Assembly: GCA_009914755.4 (NCBI GenBank)
Contig: CP068257.2
Coordinates: forward strand, 8,416,001-8,480,000
Direction of reading: 5' to 3'
DNA: 64,000 nucleotides
Source of the DNA: the human T2T-CHM13v2.0 reference genome, Homo sapiens
This document shows positions 35,897 through 51,300 of this stretch, piece by piece (the first letter of the stretch is position 1; the number at the start of each line of letters is the position of its first letter). The notes beneath the pieces are model-generated. The model had not been told where the DNA came from, searched no databases, and worked only from the letters and a program-made list of their open reading frames with translations. The translations under genes were made by a program, and so were the position numbers.

Positions 35897-37272
35897 GGTA
35901 CTGATACCAAAACAGAGGTATAGATCAATGGAACAGAATAGGGCCCTCAGAAATAATGCCACATATCTATAACTATCTGCTCTTTGACAAACCTGAGAAA
36001 AACAAGAAATAGGGACAGGATTCCCTATTCAACTAATGGTGCTGGGAAAACTGGCTAGCCATATGTAGAAAGCTGAAACTGGACCTCTTCCTTACACCTT
36101 ATACAAAAATTAATTCAAGATGGATTAAAGATATAAACATTAGACATAAAACCATAAAAACCATAGAAGAAAACGTAGGCATTACAATTCTGGACATATG
36201 CATGGCCAAAGACTTCATGTCTAAAACATCAAAAGCAATGGCAACAAAAGCCAAAATTGACAAATGGGATCTAATTAAATCTGCACAGCAAAATAAACTA
36301 CCAGCAGAGTGAACCGGCAACCTACAAAATGGAGAAAATTTTGGCAACTTACTCATCTGACAAAGGGATAATATCCAGAATCTACAATGAACTCAAACAA
36401 ATTTAGAAGAAAAAATGAACAACCCTATCAAAAAGTGGGCAAAGGACATGAACAGGCACTTCTCAAAAGAAGACATTCATGCAGCCAAAAAACACATGAA
36501 AAAAATGCTCACCATCACTGGCTATCAGAGAAATGCAAATCAAAACCATAATGAGATACCATCTCACACCAGTTAGAATGGCAATCATTAAAATGTCAGG
36601 AAACAACAGGTGCTGGAGAGGATGTGGAGAAATAGGAACACTTTTATACTGTTGGTGGGAATGTAAACTAGTTCAACCATTGTGGAAGTCAATGTGGCGA
36701 TTCCTCAGGGATCTAGAACAAGAAATACCATTTGACTCAGCCATCCCATTACTGGACATATACCCAAAAGACTATAAATCATCCTGCTATAAAGACACAT
36801 GCACACGTATGTTCATTGCGGCACTATGCACAATAGGAAAGACTTGGAACCAACCCAAATGTCCAACAATGATAGACTGGATTAAGAAAATGTGGCACGT
36901 ATACACCATGGAATACTATGCGGCCATAAAAAATGATGAGTTCATGTCCTTTGTAGGAACATGGATGAAATTGGAAATCATCATCCTCAGTAAACTATCG
37001 CAAGAATAAAAAACCAAACACCGCATATTCTCACTTATAGGAGGGAATTGAACAATGAGAACACATGGACACGGGAAGAGGAACATCACACTCTGGGGAC
37101 TGTTGTGGGGTGGGGGGAGAGGTGAGCGATAGCTTCAGGAGATAAACCTAATGCTAAGTGACGAGTTAATGGATGCAGCACACCAATATGGCACATGTAT
37201 ACATATGTAACTAACCTGCAGTTTGGGGAAATGTACCCTAAAATTTAAAGTATAGTAATAATAAAATAAAAA
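35897..37272 (+). mobile_element. L1 (L1PA-like) 3' fragment, ~1.38 kb, + strand. It is 5'-truncated inside ORF2, with the 3'UTR and poly(A). It is flanked by a ~15 bp target-site duplication (aactaca[t/c]agaagcat).
   Basis: Starts 'gcatggtactgataccaaaacagaggtatagatcaatggaacagaatagggccctcagaaataatgccacat…', which is the L1 ORF2 sequence. Ends '…gtaccctaaaatttaaagtatagtaataataaaataaaaaaa'. ORF 36533-37009 encodes the ORF2 C-terminus. Confidence 0.92.
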
Positions 37273-40200
37273 AAACTACACAGAAGCATTCTGAGAAATT
37301 TCTTTGTGATGTGGGCATTCATCTCACAGAGTTGAAACTTTCATTTGAATGAGCAGTTTTGAAACAATCTTTTTGTACAATCTGCAAGTGGATATTAGGA
37401 GAGCTTTGAGGCCTATGGTGGAAAAGGAAACATCTTCACATAAAAACTACACAGAAGCATTCTGAGAAACTTCTTTGTGATGCATGCATTCAACTCTTAC
37501 AGTTGAAGCTATCTTTTGATAGAGCAGTTTTGAAACTCACTTTTGTAGAATCTGCATGTGGATAGTTGCAGCGCTTTGAGGACTATGTTGGAAAAGGAAA
37601 TATCTTCACCTAACAACTGCACAGAAGCATTCTGAGAATCTCTGTTGTGATGTGTGCATTCATCTCACAGAGTTGAAACTTTGTTTTCATTGAGCAGTTC
37701 GGAAACACTCTTTTTGCAGAATCTGCAAGTGGATATTTGGAGTGCTTTGAGGCCTATTATGGAAAAGGAAATGTCTTCACATAAATCTACATAGAAGCAT
37801 TCTGAGAAACTTCTGTCTGATGTGTGCATTCATCTCACAGAGTTGAAGCTTTCTTTGGATTTAGCAGTTTTGAAACACTCTCTTTGTAGAATCTGCAGGT
37901 GGATATTTGGAGCTCTTTGAGGCCTATGGTGGAAAAGGAAATATCTTCACACAAAAACTTCACAGAAGCATTCTGAGAAACTTCTTTGTGATGTGTGCAT
38001 TCATCTCACAAGTTAAACTTTTCTTTTGATTGAGCAATTTGGAAACCCTCTTTTTGTTGAATCTGCAAGTGGATATTTGGAGCACTTTGAAGCCTATGGT
38101 GGAAAAGGAACATCTTCATATAAAAACTCTACAGAAGCATTCTGAGAAACTTCTTTGTGGTGTGTGCATTCAACTCACAGAGTTGAACTTACCTTTTGAT
38201 AGAGCAGTTTTGAAACTCTGTGTCGAATCTGCAAGTGGATATTGGGAGCCCTTTGCGTCCTATGGTGGAAAAGGAAATATCTTCACATAAAAACTACACA
38301 GAAGCATTCTGAGAAACTCATTTGTGATGTGTGCATTCATCTCACAGCTGTGAAACTTTCATTCGATTGAGCAGCTTTGAAACCCTCTTTTTGTAGAATC
38401 TGAAAGAGGATATTTGGAGTGCTTTGAGGCCTATTTTGGAAAAGGAAATATCTTCACATAAAAACTTCACAGAAGCATTCTGAGAAACTGCTTTGTGATG
38501 TGCGCATTCCTCTCACAGAGGTGAACCTTCCTTTTTATTCAGCAATTTGGAAACACACTTTTTGTAGAACATTCAATTGGATATTTGGAGTGTTTTGTGG
38601 CCTATTATGGAAAATTAAATATCTTCACATAAAAACTACATAGAAGCATTCAGAGGCATTTCTTTGTGAAGTGTGCATTCAAGTCACAGAGTTGATCCCA
38701 TCTTTTGAATGAGCAGATTTGAAACTCTGTTTCTGTAGAATCTGCAGGTGGATATTTGTTGACCTTTGTGGCCTAAGGTGGAAGAGGAAACATATCCACA
38801 TAAAAACTACACAGAAGCATTCTGACAAACTTCTCTGTTATGTGTTCATTCAACTCACAGTGTTGAACGAATTTTTTGATTGAGCAGTTTTCAATCTCTC
38901 CGTTTGTAGAATGTGGAAGTGGATATTTGGAGCTCTTTGCACCCTGTGTTGAAAAAGGTAATATCTTCAAATAAAAACTACACATAAGCATTCTGAAAAA
39001 CTTCTTTGTGTTAAGTGCATTCATCACACAGAGTTGAAAGTTTCTTTTGATTGAGCAGTTTTGAAACACTCTTTTCGTAGAATCTGGAAGTGGATATTTG
39101 GAGGGCTTTGAGGCCTATTTTGGAAAAGGAAATATCTTAACATAAAAACTGCACAGAATTATTCGGAGAAACTCCTTTGTTATGTATGCATTCAACACAC
39201 AGAGTTGAGCCTATCTTTTGATTGAGCAGTTTTGAATCTCTCTTTTTGCAGAATCTGCAAGTGGATATTTGTATCGCTTTGAGGCCTACTGTGGAAAAGC
39301 AAATATTTTCAAATAAAAATTACACAGAAGCATTATGAGAAACTTTGTTGTGAGGTGTGCATTCAACTCACAGAGTTAAACTCATCTTTTGATTGAGCAG
39401 TTTTGAATCTCTCTTTTTGCAGAATCTGCAAGTGGATATTTGGAGTGCTTTGTGGCCTATTGTGGAAAAGGAAATATCTTCACATAAAAACTACACAGAG
39501 GCATTCTGAGAAACTTCTTTGTGATGTGTGCATTCAACTGACAGAGTTGAACCTATCTTTTGATTGAGCAGTTTTGAATCTCTCTTTTTGTAGAATCTCT
39601 AATTGGATATTTGGAGCAATTTGAGGCCTATTGTGGAAAAGGAAATATCTTCACATAAAAACTACACAGAGGCATTCTGAGAAACTTCTTTGTGATGTGT
39701 GCATTCAACTGACAGATGTGAAACTATCTTTTGATTGAGCAGTTTTAAATCTCTCCTTTTGTAGCAACTGCAGGTGGAATTTTGGAGCCCTTTGCAGCCT
39801 ACGTTGGAAAAGGAAATATCTTCAAATAAAAACTACACAGAATCATTCTGGGAAACATCTTTGTGATGAGTGCATTCATCACAAAGGGTTGAATCTTTCT
39901 ATTGACTGAGTAATTTGGAAACACTTTTTTTGTAGAACCTGGAAGTGAAAATTTGACGGGCTTTGTGGTCTATTTTGGAAAAGAAAATATCTTCAGATAA
40001 AAACTACACAGAAGCTTTCTGGGAAACTTCGTTGTTATGCGTGCATTCAAGTCACAGATTTTAACCATTATTTTGATAGAGCAGTTTTGAAACTCTCTTT
40101 TTGTAGAATCTGCAAGTGGATATTTGGAGGTCTTTGTGGCCTATGTTAGAAAACGAAATACCCTCACATAAAATCTATACAGAAGCTATATGAGAAATTT

Positions 40201-40448
40201 GTTTGTGATGCATGCTTTCTTCTCACAAAGTTGAACCTTTCTTTTGATTGAGCACTTTCAAAACACTCTTTTTGTAGAATCTGCAAGTGGATATTTGGAG
40301 CGCTTTGTGGCCTATGGTAGAAAAGGAAATATCTTCACATAATTTGTAGACAGAAGCAAACTGAGAAACTTCTTTGTGATGTGTGTATTCATCTCACAGA
40401 GTTAAAACTTTCTTTTGATTGAGCAGTTTTGAAACTCTCTCTTTGTGA
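37273..40448 (+). repeat. Alpha satellite, + orientation. 'ctacacagaag' family to ~39800; the last ~650 bp resemble the dimeric 'ctagacagaag / caaactgag' type. It ends at the strand-switch junction.
   Basis: Monomer signatures as above. Monomers at 40150-40448 read 'cacataaaatctatacagaagctatatgag' and 'cacataatttgtagacagaagcaaactgag'. Confidence 0.8.
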
Positions 40449-43400
40449 CAGTCCACCTGCAGACTCCACAAAAAGATTGTTTCCAAACTTCTCATTCAAA
40501 AGAATGCTCAACTCTGTGAGATGAACACACACATCACAAAGAAGTTTCTCAGAATTCTTCTGTCTAGTTTTTAGGTGAAGATGTTTCCTTTTCCACTATA
40601 GGCCTCAAAGCGCTCCAAATGTCCACTTGCAGATTATACAAAAAGAGAGTTAAAAAACTGATTAAACAAATGAGAGGTTTAACTCTGTGAGATGAATTCA
40701 CACATCACAAAGAAGTTTCTCAGATTGCTTCTCTCTACATTCTATGTGAAGATATTTCCTTTTCTAAGATAGGCAGCAAAGCGTTCCAAATGCCCACATG
40801 CAGATTCTACAAAAAGAGTGTTTCCAAACTGCTGAATCAAAAGAAAGGATCAACTCGGTGAGATGAACGCACGCATCAAAGCGAAGTTTCTCAGAATTCT
40901 TCTGTCCAGTTTTTATGTGAATATAGTTCCTTTTCCACCATAAGCTTCAAAGCACTCCAAATGTGCACTTGCAGATTCTACAAAAAAAAAAGTTTCCAAA
41001 CTGCTCAATCAAAAGAAAGGTTTAACTCTGTGAGACGAATGCACACATTACAAAGTAGTTTCTCAGATTGCTTCGGTCTAGATTTTTTGTGAAGATATTT
41101 TCTCTTATAACATAGGCCGCAAAGCACACAAAATGTCCATTTGCAGATTCTACAAAAAGAGTATTTCCAAACTGCTCAATCAAAAGGAAGTTTCAACTCT
41201 GTGAGATGAATGCACACATCACAAAGAAGTTTCTCAGAATTCTTCTGTCTAGTTTTTATGTGAAGATATTTCCTTTCCCACTATAGGCCTCAAAGCGCTC
41301 AAAATATGCAATTTCAGATTCTACAAAAAGAGAGTTTCAAAATTCCTCAATCAAAAGAAATATTTAACTCTGTGAGATGAATGCACACATCACAAATAAG
41401 TTTTTCAGAATTCTTCTGTCTAGTCTTTATGTGAAGATATTTCCTTTTCCACAATGGTCCTCAAAGCCCTCCAAATGTCCACTTGCAGATTCTATGAAAG
41501 GAGAGTTTCGAAACTCCTCAATCAAAAGAAGGTTTAACTCTTTGAGGTGAATGAACACTTCACTAAGAAGTTTCTCAGATTACTTCTGTCTAGATTTTAT
41601 GTGAAGATATTTCCTTTTCTAACGTAGGCCGGAAGGTGCTCCAAATGTCCACTTGCAGAATCTACAAAAAGAGTGTTTATAAACTGCTAAATCAAAAGAA
41701 AGATTCAACTGTGTGGGATGAACGCCAGCATCACAAAGAAGTTTCTCAGAAATCTTCTGTCTAGTTTTTATGTGAAGATATTTCCTTTTCCACCATAGGC
41801 CTAAAAACGATCACACACATCACAAAGAAGTTTCTCAGGATTCTTCTACCTAGTTTTTATTTGAAGATATTTCCTTTTCCACCATAGGTGTCCAAGCTCT
41901 CCAAATGTCCATTTGCAGATTCTACAAAAAGAGAGTTTCAAAACTCCCAATCAAAAGAAATGTTTAAATTTTTGAGGTAAATGCACACATCAGAAAGAAG
42001 TTTCTCAGAAATCTGTCTAGTTTTTATGTGAAGATATTTCCTTTTCCATCATAGGCCTCAAGGCACTCCAAACGTCTACTTGCTGATTCTTCAAAAAGAG
42101 AGTTTCAAAATTGCTCAATAAAAAGACAATTTTAACTCTGTGAGATGAATGCACACATCACAAAGTAGTTTCTCAGATTGCTTCTGTCTTGATTTAATGT
42201 GAAGATATTTCTTTTATTCAATAAACTGCAAAGCTCTCCACAAGTCCACTAGCAGCTTTGACAAAAAGACTGTTTCCATACTGCTCAAGAAAATAAAGGT
42301 TCAACTTTGTGGGATGAACACACACATCACAAAGAAGTTTCTCAGAATTCTTCTGCCTATTTTTTATGTGAAGATATTTCCTTTTTCACCATAGGCCTCC
42401 AAGTACTCCAAATGTCCACTTGCAGATTCTACAAAAAGAGAGTTTCAAAACTGCTCAATCAAAAGAAAGGTTTAACTCTCTGGGATGAATGCACACATCT
42501 CAAAAAAGTTTCTCAGATTGCTTCTGTCTAGATTTTATGTGAAGATTTTTCCTTTTATACCATAGGCTGCAAAGCTCTCCAAATGTCCAATTACAGATTC
42601 TACAAAAAGAGTGTTTCCTAACTGCTCAATCAAAGGAAAGGTTGAACTTTGTGAGATGAATGGACACATCACAAACAAGTTTCTCAGAATTCTTCTGCCT
42701 ATTTTTTATTTGATATTTCCTTTTCCACCATGGGCCTCAAAGCCCTCCAAATGTCCACTTACAGATTCTACAAAAACAGTGTCTCCATACTGCTCAATAA
42801 AAAGAAAGTTTCAACTCCGTGAGAGGAATGCACACATCACAAAGCCGTTCCTCAGAATTCTTCTGTCTTTTTTTTATGTGAAGATATTTCCTTTTCAACC
42901 ATACACCACAAAGTACTCCAAATGTCTGCTTGTGGCTTCTACAAAAAGAGAGTTTGCAAAATGCACAATAAAAAGAAAAGGTTTAATTATGTAAGTTGAG
43001 TGCACATATCTCAAAGAAGTTTCTCAGATTGCTTCTGTCTAGATTTTTTTGTGAAGATTTTCTTTTTTACTACCATAGGCTGCAAAGCGCTCCAAATGTC
43101 TAATAGCAGATTCTACAAAAAGAGTGTTTCCAAACTGCTCAGTTAAAGGAAAGGTTCTACTCTGCGAGATAATGCACACATCACCAAGAAGTTTCTCAGA
43201 ATTCTTCTGCCTAGTTTTTATGTTAAGATATTTCCTTTTCCACCATGGTCCTCAAAGCGCTCCAAATGTAAACTTGCAGACTCTACAAAAAGAGAGCTTT
43301 GAATCTCCTCAATCAAAGGAAAGTTTTAACTCTTTGAGGTTAATGCACACATCACAAAGGAGTTTCTCAGATTGCTTCTGTCTAGATTTTATGTGAGGAT

Positions 43401-46060
43401 CTTACCTTTTCTGACATAGGCCGTAAAGTGCTCCAAATGTCCACTTGCAGAATCTACTAAAAGATTGTTTCCAAAATGCTGAATCAAAAGAAAGTTTCAA
43501 CTCGGTGAGATGTACCTACACATAACAGTGAAGTTTCTCAGAATTCTTCTGTCTAGTTTTTATGTGAAAATATTTCGTTTTCCACCATAGTCCTCAAAGC
43601 GCTTCAAATGTCCACTTGCATATTCTACAGAAAGAGAGCCTGAAAACTCCTCAATGGAAAGAAATATTTAACACTGTGAGGTGAATGTACACATCACAAA
43701 TTAGTTTCTCAGATCACTTCTGTCTAGATTTTATGTGAAGGTATTTACTTTTCTAACCCAGGCCAAAAGGTGAACCAAATGTCCACTTGCAGATTCTACA
43801 GAAAGAGTGTTTCCAAACTTCTCTATCAAAAGAAAGGTTCAACTCTGTGAGATAAACGCACACATCACAAAGAAGTTTCTAAGAATTCTTCTCTCTAGTA
43901 TTTATGTGAAGATATTTCCTTTTCTACAATAGACCTCAAAGTGCTCCAAATGTCCACTTGCAGGTCCTACAGAAAGAGAATTTCAAAACTGCTCAATCAA
44001 AAGAAAGGTTTAACTCTGTGAGATGAATACACACATCACAAAGAAGTTTCCCAGATTGCTTTTATCTAGATTTTATGTGAAGATATTTCCTTTTCTGCCA
44101 TAGGCCAAAAAGCACTCCAAATATGCACTTGAAGATTCTACAAAAACATTGTTTCCATTCTGCTCAATCAAAAGAAAGATTCAACTCCATGAGATAAATG
44201 CACACATCACAAAGAGGTTTCTCAGAATTCTTCTCTCTAGTTTTTATATGAAGATATTTCCTTTTCCACCACAGGCCTCCAAGTACTCCAAATGTCCACT
44301 TGCAGATTCTACAAAAAGAGAGTTTCAAAACTGCTCAATCAAAAGAAAGGTTTAACTCTGTGGGATGAATGCACACATCTCAAAGAAGTTTCTCACATTG
44401 CTACTGTCTAGGTTTTACGTGAAGATTTTTCCTTTTCTACCATAGGCCACAAAGCACTCCAAACTTCCAGTTGCAGATTCTACAAAAAGAGTGTTTCCAA
44501 ATTGCTCAATTGAAGGAAAGGTTCAACTTTGTGAGATGAACGCACACATCACAAAGGAGTTTCTCAGAATTCTTCTTCCCATTTTTTATTTTAAGATATT
44601 TCCTTTTCCACCATGGCCTCAAAGCACTCCAAATGTCCACTTGCGAATTCTACAAAAATAGTGTCTGCATACTGCTCAATAAAAAGGAAGTTTCAACTCC
44701 GTGAGAGGAATGCACACAACACAAAGCGGTTTCTCAGAATTCTTCTGTCTTGTTTTTATGTTAAGATATTTCCTTTTCCACCATACACCTCAAAGTACTC
44801 CAAATGTCTGCTTGTGGCTTCTTCAAAAAGAGAGTTTCCAAACTTCTCAATAAAAAAAAAGGTTTAACTCTGTGAATTGAATGCACACATCTCAAAGAAG
44901 TTTCTCATATTGTTTCTGCCTAGATTTTATGTGAAGATTTTTTTTTTTACTACCATAGGCTGCAAAGCACTCCACATATCCAATTGCAGATTCTACAAAA
45001 AGAGTGTTTCCGAACTGCTCAGTCAAAGGAAAGTTCTACTCTGTCAGATGAATGCACACATCACAAAGAATTTTCTCACAATTCTTCTGCCTAGTTTTTA
45101 TGTTAAGATATTTCCTTTTCCACCATGGTCCTCAAATCGTTCCAAATGTCTACTTGCAGACTCTACAAAAAGAGAGCTTTGAATCTCCTCAATCAAAGGA
45201 AAGTTTTAACTCTCTGAGGTTAACGCACACATCACAAAGGAGTTTCTCAGATTGCTTCTGTCTAGATGTTATGTGAAGATCTTATCTTTTCTGACATAGG
45301 CCGCAAAGCGCTCTAAATGTCCACTTGCAGAATCTGCTAAAAGAATGTTTCAAAAATGCTGAATCAAAAGAAAGGTTCAACTCGGTGAGATGTACCTACA
45401 ATTAACAGGGAAGTTTCTCAGAATTCTTTTATATAGTATTTATGTGAAGATATTTCCTTTTCCACAATAGTCCTCAAAGCACTTCAAATGTCCACTTGCA
45501 TATTCTACAGAAAGAGAGCCTGAAAACTCCTCAATGAAAAGAAATATTTAACACTGTGACATAAGTGCACACATCACAAAGTAGTTTCTCAGATTGCTTC
45601 TGTCTAGATTTTATGTGAAGGTATTTCCTTTTCTAACATAGGCCACAAGGTGCTCCAAATGTCCACTTGCAGATTCTACAAAAAGAGTGTTTCCAAACTG
45701 CTCTATCAAAAGTAAGGTTCAACTCTGTGACATGAACGCACACATCACAAGGAAGTTTCTCAGAATTCTTCTGTCTAGTATTTATGTGACGATATTTCCT
45801 TTTCCACCGTAGACCTCAAAGCGCTCCGAATATCCACTTGCAGATTCTACAGAAAGAGAATTTCAAAACTGCTCAATCAAAAGAAAGGTTTAACTCTGTG
45901 TGATGAATGCACACATCTCAAAGAAGTTTCTCAGAATGCTTCTGTATAGATTTTATGTGAAGATATTTCCTTTTCTATATAGGCCGCAAAGCGCTCCAAA
46001 CGTCCACTTGCAGAATCTAGAAAAAGAGTGTTTCCAAACTGCTGAATCGAAAGAAAGTTT
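40449..46060 (-). repeat. Alpha satellite in the opposite (minus) orientation. Dimeric: monomers alternate between 'tctcagaattcttctgtctagtttttatgtgaag' and 'tctcagattgcttctgtctagattttatgtgaag'.
   Basis: The sequence is the reverse complement of the consensus seen in 16146-23150, e.g. 'ccataggcctcaaagcgctccaaatgtccacttgcagattctacaaaaagagtgtttccaaactgctcaatcaaaagaaag'. Confidence 0.9.
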
Positions 46061-48360
<2,300 letters not shown>

Positions 48361-51300
48361 GGAAAGGTTCAATTCTGTGAGATGAATGCACACATCACAA
48401 AGAAGTTACTCAGATTGCTTCTGTTTAGATTTTATGTGAAGATATTTCCTTTTCTACCATAGGCCCCAAAGCGCTCCAAATGTGCACTTGCAGATTCTAC
48501 AAAAAGAGTGTTTCCAAGCTGCTCAATCAAAAGAAAGCTTCAACTTTGTGAGATGAACGCCCACATCACAAAGAAGTTTCTAAGAATTCTTCCGTCTAGT
48601 TTTTATGTGGAGATATTTCCTTTCCCACTATAGGCTTCAAATCGCTCCAAATGTCCAATTGCAGATTCTACAAACAGAGTTTCAAAACACCTCAATCAAA
48701 AGAAATGTTTAACTCTCTGAGATGAATGCACACATCATAAAAAGTTTCTCAGATTGCCTCTGTCTAGATTTTATGTGAAGATATTTCCTTTTCTGCCATA
48801 GGCCGCAAATCGCTCCAAGTGTCTACATGCAGTTTCCAAACTGTTCAATCAAAAGAAAAGTTCAACTCTGTGAGATGAAAGCACATATCACAAAGAAGTT
48901 TCCCAGATTGCTTCTGTCTGGATTGTATGTGAAGGTATTTCCTTTTCTACCATAGGCCACAAAGTGTTCCAAATGTCCAACTGCAGATACTACAAAAAGA
49001 GTGTTTCCAATCTGCTCATTCAAAAGAAAGGTTTAACTCTGTGAGATAAATGCACACATCACAAAGAAGTTTCTGAGATTGTTTCTGTCTAGATTTTATG
49101 TGAAGATATTTCCTTTTCTACCATAAGCCACAAAGCGCTCCAAATGTCCACTTGCAGATTCTGCAAAAAGATGGTTTCCAAACTGCTCCATCTAAAGAAA
49201 GCTTCAAATCTGTGAGATAAATGCACCCATCACAAAGAAGTTTCTCAGAGTTCTTCTGTTTAGTTTTTATGTGAAGATATTTCATTTTCCACCATAGTCC
49301 TCAAGGCACTAGAAATGTCCAGTTGCAGATTCTACAAAAAGAGTACCTCAAAACTAGTTCATCAAAAGAAAGTTTCAACTCTGGGAGATGAAGGCACACA
49401 TTACAAAGACGTTTCTCAGAATGTTTCTATGTAGTTTTTATGTGAAGATATTTCCTTTTTCAACATAGGCCTCAAAGCACTCCAAATACCCACTTGCAGA
49501 TTCTACAAAAAGAGGGTTTCAAAACTGCTCAATCAACACAAAGTTTTAACACTGTGAGATGAAAGCACACACCACAAAGTTTTTCAGATTGCTTGTGTCT
49601 AGATTTTATGGGAAGATATTTCCTTTTCTACCATAGCCTGCTAAGCGCTCCAAATATCCACTTCCAGATTCTACAAAGAGTGTTTCCAAACTGCATAATC
49701 AAAAGAAAGGTTCAGCTCTGTGATATAAACGTACACATCACAAAGCAGTTTCTCACCATTCTTCTGTCTAGTTTTTATGTGAAGATACTTCCTACTCCAA
49801 CATAGGCCTCAAAGCGCTCCAAGTGTCCACTTGCAGATCCTACAGAAAGAGAGTTTCAAAACGGCTCAATCAAAAGAAAGGTTTAATTCTGTGAGGTGAA
49901 TGCACACATCAAAAAGAAGTTTCTCAAATTGCTTTGGTCTAGATTTTATGTGAAGATATTTCCTTTTTTAACATAGGCCAAAAAGTGCTTCAAATGTCCA
50001 CTTGCAGATTCTACAAAAAGAGAGTTTCAAAACTGCTCCATCAAAAGAAAGACTCAACTATGTGAGATGAATGCCCACATCACAAAGAAGTTTCTCAGAT
50101 TGATTCCGTGTAGATTTTATGTTAAGATATTTCATTCTTTTTACCATAGGCCACAAATCGCTCAAAATGTTCACTTGCAGATTCTAAAAAAAGAGTGCTT
50201 CGAAACTGCTCTATCAAAAGAAAAGTTCACCTCTGTGAGATGAACGCACACATTACAAAGAAGTTTCTCAGAATTCTTCTGTCTAGTTTTTATGTGAAGC
50301 TATTTCCTTTTCCAACTTAGGCCTCAAAGCGCTCCCAGTGTCCAACTGCAGATTCAACAAAAAGAGAGTTTCAAAACTGCTCAATCAAAAGAAAGGTTTC
50401 ACTTAGTGAGATGAATGCACACATCACAGAGAAGTTTCTAAGATTGCTTCTGTCAAGATTTTATATGAAGATATTTCACTTTCCACCATAGGCCTCAAGG
50501 TGCTCGAAATGCCCCCTGGCACATTCCACAAAAGGAGTATTTCAAACCTGGTCCATCAAAAGAAAGTTTCAACTCTTTGAGATGAATGCACACATCACAA
50601 ACAAGTTCCTCAGAATGCTTCTGTCTAGTTTTTATGTGAACATATTTCCTTTTCCACTGTAGGCCTCAAAGCACTCCCAATGTCAGTTTGCAGATTCTAC
50701 AAAAATAGAGTTTCAAAACTACTCCATCGAAAGTAAGTTTTCACTCTGTGAGATTAATGCACACATCACAAAGATGTTTCTCAGATTGCTTCTGTCTGGA
50801 TTTACTGTGAAGAGATTTCCTTTTCTACCATAAGCCTCAAAGCGCACCATATGTCCACTGGCAGATTCTACAAAAAGAGTGTTTCCAAACTGCTCAATCA
50901 AAAGAAAGGTTCACCTCTGTGATATGAACACACAAATCACAAAGAAGTTTCTCAGAATTCTTCTGTCTCGTTTTTATGTGAAAGTATTTCTTTTCCCTCT
51001 AGAGGCCTCAAGGTGCAAGAAATGTCCTCTTGCAGATTCTACAAAAAGAGTATTTCAAAACTGGTCCATTAAAAGAGAGGTTCAACTCTGGGAGATGAAT
51101 GCACACATCATGAAGAAGTTATTCAGAATGCTTATGTCTAGTTTATTTTTGAAGATATTTCCTTTTCCACCATCGGCCTCAAAGCCCTCCAAATGTCCAC
51201 TTGCAGATTACACAAAAAGAGAGTTTCAAAACTGCTGAATCAAAAGAAAGGTTTTACTCTGGAATATGAATGCATGCATCACAAAGATTTTCAGATAGCT

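Noticed and set aside
40430-40470. Considered whether 40448 is the centre of a perfect palindrome.
   Set aside because: The monomers immediately left and right of the junction are both alpha satellite but are not reverse complements of each other beyond a ~7-9 bp stem. The structure is a strand switch between diverged arrays, not a perfect palindrome.
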